64,000 nt of DNA from Iphione sp. A-MEVVRFRX5. Lineage: Eukaryota. The DNA lies in NCBI GenBank assembly GCA_976226885.1, contig OZ320316.1:39680001-39744000 (forward strand). The letters run 5' to 3'. Under the pieces are notes generated by a model, which made no database searches, was not told where the DNA came from, and saw nothing but the letters and a program-made list of their open reading frames with translations. This document shows, piece after piece, positions 26,401 to 38,742 of this stretch (its first letter is position 1; each line of letters starts with the position of its first letter). The position numbers and the translations under genes were made by a program.

Positions 26401-28604
26401 CAGACCTTTGCAGTATGAGGTATGATATATTTCTGTACATGACATCAGCCCCTCAATCCCTATATAAGTTGCAGGGTTCTGGTCTGGGGGAATTCATCAT
26501 CCCTCCAGCCAGGAAGGAGAAGCAGACACCCTCAGTCAGGACTGGGAGAGCAGACGGCAGCCTACAACCTGTAGCTAATGCCAGAGCCAGTCAAGCCTAA
26601 AGTCAACTCTATTCAACAGACAGCTTTGAGTTTTAGATAGGCACCAGCCTCATATACTGGTCACAAAAGGTTAGTAATTGATATATATGTGCGTGAACCA
26701 GCATTGATTTCATTCCAATGCTTGCTGCAACTGCTATACTGTTCAGAAAGACTGGAGATCTTTGACATGAAATTGCTACAGCAACTGTGAGATCTGTCAC
26801 TGGGAAACATCTGTAAACTGTGTTGACTTTGTGAATTGTGCAGCACACAAAGACCTGCAAACTATTTAGACCCTGAATTGGTTCAATGATTGGAAAATAT
26901 ATACTGTGTCTGGTTTGACTGACATTCTATCCTCCTTGATAACACCACTGGCAAAGAACAGGTATAGGCCCCTTGTGTCATGTCTCAGAAATAGAGACTT
27001 ATATTTTCTGGTAATTTGGTCTCCACTGACTCTTTATTATAATTAACATCAGAGGGAGGACAACCATACCATTATCTGAGCAGCTAGAAAATACACCTGG
27101 CAAAGACACGGGCCACCTATATCCAAGAAGAGAGGGTCTACTATGATCATGACCAGCAGTCACAATTAGTCGACTCACACTCATACACACTGACCTGTTG
27201 ACCCTCATCATAGAATTACACACTCTCACAATACAGACAGCACTGGATCTCTTAAAATATAAGCCAAACGATATTATTTATACACTAGTCATTTCACCGA
27301 CTTTAGTTATACACGTTCATGAGCTGTAGCAACGTCCCTAATTAAGCATGATTTCATGCACCCTGCCAGCACAGTCAGGGCCATGCCCAACTTTTACTTG
27401 GATCTAGCCTTGACGAACTCCCCTAATTAGTGTCCATGATTGGTAATGTCCTAATTGACACAGACTGATTCTAAATCCGGGCGTAGCGAACGATTGTCCC
27501 ATTGATTGATTACTGATAGACTGATTTAATTTCGCTTCATTTTAACTTGCCCTGACCCAGTTCCCATGATGGATAGTGACGGAGACGATGGCCAAAGTGC
27601 GCGCCGTTATCATAGCGGGGACACGAGTGGACTAGAACCAGTGGTCTATTAATGAGTGCCGCCAAGACCTCGGTCTGATTAAAATGACCTCCTTGTACCT
27701 CCAACCGTGCAGGCAACCCAGGCCGTTCTAGTGACTACCAGGTTTCAACGGAAGACCTCTCCAGCACCAAATTATCAACGGCAAATCAACCAAGATCTAG
27801 AATATTTCTTTCATCACATCAACAACTACAACCTCATAGAAGCCGGTCCTTTTGTTCGCGTGCTTTTGTGTACTACGTGCTCTCAGGGAAAGTTACTTGC
27901 TTAAATTCAGCGCGGCAAGCCGGCTTACATGTGGGCCTATTGGACGAGCTCTTTTGATAGTGCAACCACTAGTGCCAGTAGCCACGAGATCTCACCTATC
28001 CAGGTGCGCCTTTTTCAGTATGACCCGGGTCACTGTCCTCGCAGGTGTAACGGGGAGCCTGCACGCTGCGGACAACGGTCGAGCGGCGAGGCCGACCGAG
28101 AGAAATGGCCGATGGATCAGAGCCACTGACCTGTCCCGACCCGCCGACAGACGGATCCATTGTGTGCGCGAGAAATTGAAATAAAATGAAGTGAAATGAA
28201 ACGCTTGCCCCTCGCCTGTGCATGCAAGTGTAAGGCGACCGTTAGACTGTCAGTGCTCAATGCGTAAACGAATAGAGCAGTGGAAACGATGGAAGGGTCG
28301 GGGGTTGGGGGGGGGGGGGCATTGTCAATTTACTAACTCGGTGTAAGAATAGTGAGCGGCTTAGCAAAAGATACCCAAAGGCTAGAAATGCCACGTATGA
28401 AACATTATCTTTTTCAGAAACAATATTTTCGCCTTAGAGGGGTTCAAAATGTGTAACAAAGGGACGAAATGAGATTTTAATCCGTATGTTTTGAAAGAAA
28501 CCCGAGTTAAAGGCTGCACCGTTAGAGAGCCATGGCCTGCAACCGGTATAAAGACTCACAATAGACCGCCCGTAGGAAAAAGGATCCAGGCGGTCAACTC
28601 ACTC

Positions 28605-28631
28605 TGACCCCTGACATCTGACCCCTGACCT
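28605..28631. promoter_or_regulatory. Tandem nuclear-receptor half-site array (four half-sites in DR1 spacing)
   Basis: TGACCC-C-TGACAT-C-TGACCC-C-TGACCT. Confidence 0.4.
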
Positions 28632-30748
28632 GTCACCCCCGTTCACCACAGTCGCCCGTCCTCCAGGTGAGCGACAGGTGAATGGGTCTGGGGACAGTGA
28701 GGGTCAGGGCTGGGCATGTATTGCCACCTGCCAGGTGCTTATTACCGAGTATTACTGCCGCATGACGCGCCTTGATCGACCGTCATTAATTAACCCCTAG
28801 GCAACAAACTATCTGCCACCCAAAGGACACTTTTTTGCCTGCAAAAATTAATTTTCTGTTGCCGCCCTGTGAAGTGTGCGCAGCCATCAAGCATGTGTTT
28901 TTTTCCCCTCTCAAACAATTCCCTTTACTATTATATTTATCCATATCATTGTAGCTGAACGATGGCGGCATTGTCAGGAGAACAAGGTGGCAGGTAAGTG
29001 TTTTTATGCTGTCCGCGCGGACAGTGACTATGGGATCCATTACAACGTCCAGGGTCCTAATTACAGGCCCCCAGGGTCGGCTAGGGGCCGGAACACTGGT
29101 CATCAGCTGTGTGCACTGCACACCTGGAGGTGTGGCCGTCGGATCCAATCACCCCTTTCCAACCTTCCTGTGCTAACCACAAACTTCAAAGCACCCCCAC
29201 CTGGCTTCTCCGAAGTACCATACATCTCACTTCAAGCGTTTTTTTCTACTGGAAATGTTAATGTCAGACGAAGTCTTTATTTTTAGCTTGTCCTGTTTTT
29301 CCCCAACCCTATTAGTTTTGAGAAAACACGTTGCACTGCCAACTGGCATTTGTTCTATATTAAAGTGGAGGTGCTGGGGGGGGGGGGGAGGGTTGAATTT
29401 ACAGATAGGAACGGAGTATGAGATTATTGTTACTGCCGTGGTCTCCAGGTCGGGTCACAGGTGGGCCCTCTGCTCGACCATTGTACCATGATCTACACGC
29501 AGGATGAGGTCATGTCAACAGGCCGCACAGCCAGAGGCAACAGACTGCACTTTCTGCCAACAGTGAGAGACGTATGTACAAAATATAGAGCCACCTGCTA
29601 CTTACGCCACATAACAAACACGGCCGGTCTCAAAGGTGTCTACGCGGTACTGCTTATCTTGCGTTTGTCTTGATTCTTTATGGTAATTCCTGCAATGTTT
29701 ATGACTTTCGTGTACGGCGCATACATTTCTGGTCAGGTAGAGGAGTCACTAGGCGGGTGGTCATTAATGAGCTTGAGTCATGCCCATGTCAGCATCGTCA
29801 TGGCATTCATGACTAAATGACATCGTATCATGTCAGCGATACTTGGGTTTGCCTCACATTGCATAATGTGACCAGAACTGGAGACAGCTGCCCATCCGCT
29901 CTCCCCACACCTGTCACACCAGCTGCTGCAACCCCACCCCATCCACCTCAAGAGCAAACACCTGAAGACAGACCAGAAGTAAATACACTTCACTCGGAGG
30001 GAAAATGCATATTCAGAGGGGGGGAAGGCAACTGCACAATCTGCTATACCAGATCAATTAAAGACACAATACTACGAGAACTAACACTTCCATCCAGCAT
30101 TGGTAGTATGCTATTAATTCACGATGTGGGATTTTAGGCGGAAGACACCATTTACAAATGACGGCGCCAGCTGCAACTGCTCTGCTCATGTACATGTACA
30201 ATGTGCCTTCGGACAGTGGGTCACTTGACGGAGGATCTACACGTTAGTGTACTTTACATGGCTTGAAGGCAGGTGTTGAGTTCATATGAATGTGTTTAAT
30301 ATTCAATGTCTTTAGTGGCGTGGCTGTACATGCACATACTTGCATGTATGTTTGTGCGTGCGTGTTCATACGTATGTTCACATGTAAAGATGTGTACGGA
30401 TGCATCTCGGTTTACATCCCACTGTCACTGTCTGTCGGTGGACTGGGTGGTCGGTCAATCAGTTAGTTTTACTTGGTCCAGTGAGTGGCTAGTGTATTCC
30501 CAGTATATTCCCAATGCCCCAGCCCTGAGGAAGTGCAACCTGAGACGGCTTTGTCGTCGCCTTGAATGGTGGCGGCGCGTAACGGGAGCTGGCGCCGCGG
30601 CCCGCGTTCTTTATCCTGTTTGTTTTCCGCGCGCATCACCGCTGCGCCATAGGAGCTCCATTCGCCCCCCTTGTTCGTTGTACTGACCACCGTCCTCCGA
30701 CTTCACTCCTCCACTCCCTCCACACCAAGCCGATAACACACATACACG

Positions 30749-30751
<3 letters not shown>

Positions 30752-30821
<70 letters not shown>
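30752..30821. repeat. (AT)n microsatellite, about 35 units
   Basis: Directly visible perfect run. Confidence 0.98.
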
Positions 30822-30824
<3 letters not shown>

Positions 30825-33451
30825 CTCTATGGCCGAGCCGCCTCAGTTACTGAAGGAAATCTTTGTTGAGTGTCATTGCTCCAGCTTCTGAGTGCTCAGT
30901 TACCCCACAGCAGATTTTACAGCGAAATTTCATCGAGAAAATATTGTACACATAAATTAAATGCATATATGCAAACAGACAGTATCTTCAACGGAAACTT
31001 AATGTGTGTCTGGACATCTAGAGACTGCAATTTGAACCATAACAAAGGGTTTAATGAGTTTGCTGCGAAAGCAGAACTGAATAAGTGTTACGGCATATAT
31101 TCACATATACATGTTCAGGTGTACATGTACTTGTATTTTATGTCTTTTTGTACTCAGAATAAAAAAGTGCATGCATATCTCCCAATATATGTATACATAA
31201 AGATGTTTAAATAAAATACCCGTGTATATGTTTGTATAAATGTAGTAACGTATTTGTCAAATATAGATTTAATGAATATACAAATGCAAAGACAGTAAAT
31301 ATATGTGTAATGTCCTTGTATTCGTCAAAGGACAAGCGCCCAGGTTACACTAAACGTCTTATAGGTCATTTAAAACAATTATGTAGTTTCACTGATTCCT
31401 TTTGGCACATACTCAACTCTGTACACCTATTTTTCTTTTTTTATAATGATCCTCGTGCACATACCTTGGATATTAGACTTTTCCTACCACAGAATACTTT
31501 TTAGGTTGTGTGCACTGAGGAAGTCACAAAGAATGCTATTTCTGGTATACAATTTAAAGAACGTTCGGTTTTTCGTGTAATAATGCCCCATCTTCAGGGG
31601 TGCTAGGGAAAACCCCATCGCTCTGTGTTGAAATGGTTGATTTATTACACATATTGATTTCAAATGTTTATCACCACGCTTAAGCTCAAATAAACAATTT
31701 ACAGTCCAAACTTCGCACCAGTACGTGCCCCTCGGGCCTGTCAGTAATGACACCAACCTCATGCAAAACCTCCACCGTTAGGCTAATATTTGCGTTTGTT
31801 ACCCCTAGTTGTACGTTTTCTTCAAACAACCTTCGTTGTGAAACGCTTACCTCCCATGTGAAATGTGCCTTTGAAAAGTGAAATGCTGTAGGAGGGCGCA
31901 GTGGGGTGGGGGTAGGGGCGGGTCTGTGAGTGTGCATGTGTACGTGTGTGTTTGGGGAAACTCAGGCGATAAGAAGAGTGACAGGGAAAGACAGACAGCC
32001 AGACAGGCGGAGCAACACACAGAATTGGAATGAGAGAGCGAGAGACAGAAAGACAGACGCGGAGAAGTGATATTGAGTTGACGCAGCTTGGGTAAGAAGA
32101 GAGAAGCACCGTAAGGACGTGTGTTTATCATCTACTTGCTTCCTTTTGTTGTGCCAATTGTTATTTGTTTAGAGGGACGGCGGGCATAAAAAGCGGGCAT
32201 CAGCTCAGTGTCAACCTGTCTGGCGACGCTCCAGGGCTGGTTACTGAACCCCCGGCTCTCTACGACTGCCGTGCACACTATAATGCCGCCCAAACCAGCA
32301 GTCTGCAGCCTCTGTGATGCCAGAACAATGCCTCTCGGACCAGACCTTGGCAAGGCTTCCAGGCGACTGACTCTTTGCAGCCCAAGTATAGGAGACTGAG
32401 TGGGGGTGAGGGTGGGTAGACTAAGGATAGGTCGGGGGAATAAAGCGATGAAAGATGTCCTGCATTGGTCGGCCCATTTAACCAATAGGCTTGCGTTAGT
32501 AAAGTTTCAGGTTAGTAGGGGTAGAGGAGTGCATTCGACTAGACATCCTGTAGAGGCAGCATATACAGATGGACTAATACACATACACAGAGCACACCTG
32601 GCCATCCAGGTGAGCATCTGAAGAAGCTGAGGGTCCATTATCTAATGTAAATAACCGACACGAGTGACGTCCACTTCTGGGAGTTTTTTCGTCTGCCTCG
32701 TTTCTTTCTCAACAGACAGGAACCATCACACATGCAGCAAGGCAGAGATGGGTGGTTCTCATCGCCAGCTAGTAGTTCATACCAAGACCAAAGGGGAGCT
32801 TTGGGGTGAGGAGGAAACGAGTTAAGCCTACGGGCAGAACGCCTATGTAGAACAACTCTCCCACACACTGACAGGGTCTTCGGTTTAACCCGAACGCCGG
32901 CTGAGGGAGCATCGAATGGAAGGGAATTCAGGGTGGGCAGGGAGAAGGTCTACCGGATGGCTGTGAGAATATCCTTACTGGTTATATAAGGACGGCCTGA
33001 AAGAAAATCACTCGTCTGGGGCTTGAGTGGGCCTTTTGACCCTGCAGCCCGAGCCACTCGGCATGGGTGTATGCTTCCGCAGAGGGCTAAACAAGAGGGG
33101 GGGGGGTGTGCAGGTTGAGGGAGAAAGGGCTAAGGAGACAGGAAGGCGGGAAAGCAGGGCGGGGACTGGTGGCTCGGACCTACTTTCGCTCGTAAATCTC
33201 TGAATCCGAGCTGAACGTGGACCAGCTTCCGTTACCTCTGCTTCAGCATGTTGGTCAACTGAAGGTAAACACAGTCCTGTGCTCGCAGGGCCCCGACATG
33301 CGGACCTGGTTATCTCCTATGCGGGCCAGATGTCTGGAGGACTGGTAGACAGAATGGGGGTGGCTGTAAAGGCTACCGAAAGGCTATGTTGGACTTCATA
33401 GGACAACTGGTTCCATGGAAAGAGTGGAGAGGGAAATGGAGAAACAGTGGG

Positions 33452-33491
<40 letters not shown>

Positions 33492-33566
33492 GAAAGAGAC
33501 AGACAGACAGACAGGCAGGCAGACAGGCCGATAGACAGAAACAGACAAACCGACAGAGACAGAGAG
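33452..33566. repeat. (GACA)n/(GA)n compound microsatellite
   Basis: Directly visible. Confidence 0.95.
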
Positions 33567-34499
33567 GGTATACATGTATATAGACACAGGTATACATCGA
33601 CACGTACAGTTATTAAAGGAAATACATGTACATATACAATGTACAAGGCATATGCAGAAATCCTACACGCCTGCAAGAACGGCTAAAATCATGTGTGAAC
33701 GGTGGGTAGTGACAGACAGGAGTGATACCCGCAGCTTTCCCAGTATATCAGGACAGGTCAGAAGGTGGCCTACACCTGTCGGTTAACTTTGAAGCACCTA
33801 CAGCCGAGCCCAAAGTAGCACCGCCTGCTGGGGCTTGTTCCGGCAGAGGTAAGAGCCAACCGCAAGCCTGCCAATGCCAACGGCTGCCTACCTGATAGCG
33901 GCGTGGGCTCAATATCTCTAGTCGGTCGAGATGCCATATGGAACAAGGCGCTGCCCCGAGGTGGCAAATGCTCAAGCAAAGCTGGGAGAGCCGATCGTGG
34001 AGCTGCTCCTACCGGGTTATGTAACAGCCTATGCTTGTAGCGCCCCCTAAGAACTAACTCGGTGTCACGTGTTGTTGCTAACTGTACCCATGCGAGCAGG
34101 AGCATATGCCGCAGCTGTTGAAATGAAGTATGCATAAACTCTGGTCAGAAGGACTCCACTAGTTTCAATCGCTATCCGGTGCAATGTCAAGACCGATACA
34201 AACCAACCCCATGGGTTACTCGGAAAATGTTATCTCGCAGATCCATGTGTTAATTCGTTCTATGGAAGAAGGAGGCATACAACCCTTACTCCCGACTCCC
34301 TATGCGTTTGTCAATCCATTTTAGGGGTGCGACCAGGGGCTTACATACTACATGTAGTAATAATGAAGGTCCTTATGTATTTCTAATCGCGTGAATTGGC
34401 ATTCGTTAAGCCGGTTTGATTTGTTTGTGAGCCGGATCACCGAACTCGACCTCAAACCACCCCTGTCTCAACCGCCGACTGGTTCTGCTCTTGTGGCAG

Positions 34500-34865
34500 A
34501 CCCTTATGCTAATGAGCCACTAAGGGCTTCGCCAATTTGCATGCAGTGTTCTAGCATGGCAGTTAAAATCGATGGGCGGCCAGTGGTAGTGAATTGTGTC
34601 ATAGTAACAGCGGCGGCAGTGGAGGCGGTGGCGGCGATGGCTGCGGCTGCTGTGCCGGCCAGCTCGGTGGAACAGGACGCACTGGCCTTTCTCATTGTCA
34701 TCAGACGCCGCGTTATGACGTCATTGCGCAACCAACCCTTTGTGTGCCATGAGTGGCCATTGGACGAAGTGTCGGGCGCCCAGTGCCAGCACCAGCATCT
34801 CAATGCAAGCGAATCACACACACATTTCCACACAGGGGGCCTTGGCCATGGTCTAATTTGCATAC
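34500..34865. promoter_or_regulatory. Putative enhancer: octamer motifs plus fused CRE and C/EBP palindromes
   Basis: ATGCTAAT 34506-34513, ATTTGCAT 34535-34542 and 34856-34863, TGACGTCA 34716-34723 directly followed by TTGCGCAA 34724-34731. Confidence 0.45.
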
Positions 34866-37800
34866 GACCCAGAAGCATTATTTTTCATGCTTTTTGAGCT
34901 GTCGAGAGTGAAGCCTGGTGGGCGGGAGGGACTGTTTATCATCAACATCGTCTTCGCATGCGCCTTGGCTTTTTTTGTTGACTGACCAGAACGAGCCAAC
35001 CCAACGCTGTCAGCTTTGAATGATGTTTGGCTACAGAATATGATTAGCTTCGTTGCCTACATTCTACCATGTCGATTAAAATCTGTTGACCACCCTCTAT
35101 TAACATCTATGCGACAGAAAACGTTGTTTGCGACCATTGACTATTTAGACAATATACAATTCACAAGCTAGTTTGGAATCAGTCTTCTTTCAAATGATTC
35201 TGGCCTTTTACGGCAAATATCTCCAATATAACCAATTGATTTTCTTTTCCTCAGTAGATCAAGGCTTGTCCATGTTTATAACCCTCAAAAGCCCTAACCC
35301 TACTCCTCCCATTCCCTATTTCTCATCAAGGACCTAGAGTCGCCCTTGCCCCATTAGACCCTGCTCCAAGAGGGGTGACAGTCTGACGTCCTCCTTCTAC
35401 CCCTCTTCTCCTCCTGCTCCTTCTCCTGCTCCTCCTCCTCGCTTCAGGAGGAACGCCCATCCTAGCCAACACCACCCCCACCCCTCCACTCTCCTTCCTA
35501 CCTCTCACTCTCCCTGCTTTCCCGCTTGGACGGCGGAGGGGCCCGGGAATCCAGTGAACTCAGGGGCCTATTGATCCGCAACCCTTTCTCACCTTGCAAG
35601 GACAGCGCCATGAATAATTACTGGCGAGCGGACACAAATTGGCCGCCGCGGGCCGACAAAATGCAAAGCGCCACGACAATGTCCAGGCCGCTTCTAGTCG
35701 AGCGTGGTGGGCGGATGGGATGAGCGGGGGAAAAGAGCCGAGTGGGAGGGGGCAGGCGCCGTCCGGCCATCTTGATAAACAACGCCCGTCTTGGCGCTGA
35801 GCGGACGGCACTCGCCAACATCGGGCTTGACCCGCTCCAAAGAGCAGCTCGCCGTCCCTACGTTGCCTCCACGCCTAAGCTTTGATAAGCTATTACCACG
35901 CATAATAGCTTCGTCATTAAAATATATTTGTTGTTGTTTTTTTAAATATTGTTTTAAAAGTTGGATAGCGCCTGCCAATTTTCAGTACTACAGGTCATGT
36001 CATATCGTCTCTTCGATGGTAAACTTTCAACTGGTCAGACTGCTTTGTCAGTCGACGTGTATTTTACACCAAAGATATTGTAGCTGAAGTTCCATAACAG
36101 ACCCTTCACTCTGGGTCTAAATTTCCACTTTATTGTGACATTCAGTCTTTTATCAAGCACGAAGTCGCTGCCCCTGCAGCATTAATTCCTTCACGCCGCG
36201 CTAATGCACCATACACTGCAGGCACTACAACCACCGTCAGTTTTGTAACAATGGCAAATTTTCTCCGCTTTTTCTCCCTTTCCTGACTTGAGCACGTTTA
36301 CTCATGTGCCTTGCAATCAACGGACCGCTGCGAGTCACCCGCAATGTTTTGCCCATTACGCACATAATGTTAGGAAACCCACTGTAGACGACGGAATGGA
36401 TAGGTTGTGTTTCAGCAGTCGGTGTTTCATTAAGGGAAGTGGGTAAACGCCAGTGGCCGCCGAAGAGAATAGTCGGCCAGAGACAATGGCGAGCACATGT
36501 TATAATTGAGACTCAGTTCTCTCTATTTTGCGCAAATACTCTCATAATTTTATTCTTTAATTGCATTTGTTAGCGCGGATCGTCGATTCAATTTTGCAAC
36601 CTTGCGCCGGAATGCTAAGGCTGTCCGACTAATGCAGAGCTAAAACGGCCACCAATTAGGCATAATCCATTGTCTATCTGAGATGTTGTACGTAGTATGC
36701 TCACGAGGGTGCGAGGGATTAATGCCTTAATTCCACGTTGAGGAAGACTGTGCTCACTATTTAGGCCCCGAACCACGCCAGCTGAACTGCCATAGACGCG
36801 AGCGGGAGCACATTGCATGAGTGGACAGGCTGTTTAATTGAAAAAGAAAAACACATTCGCCCATTTCACTCTGGTTTCTTTGTTTAAGAGCGCAAGGTAA
36901 AGCCTTTAATGAGGACTGAGCAAATAAAATTTAGCTTTTATCGAGTGTAATTATTTTTTTAAATCGGGATTTATATGGAGTCTTATTCGGAGATGGGGTA
37001 TGAAATGCACAAATTTATTCAGCAAATAGAAGCATGTCTTTTCTAGATACTTCCAAAACGTGAACGCCCTATGTAAAAGGACATAATGCAGCTTACCCAA
37101 TAAATCTCTACAGAATTCGTCCATATCTATCTTTCGATCCTTATTTAACCAGTTTATCACCGGTGGCATGTGATTCATGACGTTCCACCTGTAAATAGTC
37201 TCTATATCTTGCAGTAAATCGTTAATATGTTATCTAGTGGCCTCTGCCTACTCTACCCCTTGTTGCTGTCGGGTGGAGACCGTGCAAGGGCGAGAGGATC
37301 GAGACGCGGTCCGTGCCAGCAGCCGCAGAAAGAGGACGTCCTTCTCAGAGCAGAGTTAACCCGTGAGGCTCTGATTCCCAGCAGCCTTGTTTCCACACTG
37401 GGGGAGGTGTGCGGCAATCACAATACCATCCCCCGCCGTTCGCTTCCCTCTCGGTGCCTCGCCCGCCCACCCGCCCACCCACAGCTCCTACCTCCACTTC
37501 CCCTACCGCCTACACTCCATTCCTTCTATAATACCCTACGTTGCACTGAAGGGCTTGGCACCCCTCTTCCTCCACGACTGCCTCCTTCATCACCCGAGGC
37601 GCTCCGAGGCGTCACCCCACTCGGCCACGGCTCTTGCATGGACCCGTCCGTCCAGCGACCAGTGCTATTGTCTCTGGCCGCCAACCTAATTATGAGATAC
37701 TGCTTCTTTTAATGAAGCCACCAGACAAAAATCTCTGCCATGCAGAGAATGGATGATAATTGAATTCTTCTGCGCTGCATTCATGCGCCCAATGCTGCTC

Positions 37801-38219
37801 CTGCTGTTAGGACTCTCGTTTGATATTCTTGTTTTCCCTTCATCCTTTCCTTTTAACCACCCACTACCCCTATTCCACCGTTCCGTCTTGTTTTGCTTTT
37901 GCTTCTTGCTTTTGTTTTCATCATCTCCATATTTGTATAGATTTCTCTGTTGACTTTCGTCGCTGATCTGCATAGAAATTGGTGCTGCCTTCTCATTTCT
38001 GCGTATTGGCCTGGCAATTGCTCTCGAATATACCTAATACTTGAAATCGTCCGATTTCAGGGCTGTGTTCCTTTCGGAGATTTAACCTTAGACTTAAGTC
38101 AAATTACTCGTATCTCGAAACCTATACCAACTACATTGATAATTAATCACATAATGTATACATAATTATATATTATATATCGTCCCAGGTCAAGTTACGA
38201 CTACAAATGAAGAACCATC

Positions 38220-38337
38220 AGCAGCAGAAGCAGCGAGGACTCAGGCATCATTATCAAGAGAGGCAGAAGCAGTAATAGCAGCACAGTGAGAGGCAGCAGC
38301 AGCAGCAACAGCAGCAGTAGCGGCGGCGGCGGCGGCA
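38220..38337. repeat. Interrupted (CAG)n/(CGG)n trinucleotide tract
   Basis: ggcagcagcagcagcaacagcagcagtagcggcggcggcggcggcagcg and an upstream degenerate CAG run. Confidence 0.85.
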
Positions 38338-38499
38338 GCGCACCTTGTGGGCGGCGGTGATTAATATCAGCTACCTGCCCGCTGCACACCTCCGACTGGC
38401 GCATCTGCTGGTGCTTTGTGCTGCCTCCACTTATCGCCACCTTACATCTAACCCGCGCCTAGCACCAGTCTGTCACCCTCTTCATCACATCCTCGCATC

Positions 38500-38590
38500 C
38501 TCGTAGCTGTCGCGGCTGCTGAAACGGCGTGTCGGCGACTAGAGGCTCCGCCTTTATATTGCCGCCCGCCGCCGCCATCTAGATCAGGCC
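38500..38590 (-). promoter_or_regulatory. Putative intronic core promoter, same sense as BCL11
   Basis: The minus strand reads AGATGGCGGCGGCGGGCGGC-AATATAAAG: YY1-like GCCGCCATCT at 38571-38580 and TATAAA at 38558-38553, in a CpG-rich patch. Motif evidence only. Confidence 0.4.
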
Positions 38591-38717
38591 CCACTGACAT
38601 ACAAATCCCTTGAACCTCCTTCCGCTTTTCCAGTCCCCACCCCCAGGTTACCCTCCCTCCCCTCAACGCGGGATCCCATAGGCTTACGAACACAGCAATG
38701 GTTCCCGCAGGCAAACG

Positions 38718-38742
38718 CACACACACACACACACACACACAC
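38718..38742. repeat. (CA)n microsatellite
   Basis: Directly visible; about 160 bp upstream of the putative intronic TATA box. Confidence 0.95.

Noticed and set aside
26032-27048. Possible solo LTR bounded by TGTTA...TAACA
   Set aside because: The flanks give no 4-6 bp target-site duplication, so the boundaries are unsupported. It is kept only as part of the CpG-void finding.
34391-34897. Overlapping 168-aa (+) and 124-aa (-) Ala-rich ORFs
   Set aside because: They arise from GC-rich GCN-like low-complexity sequence, have no domain features and no clear splice sites; the region is better explained as regulatory.
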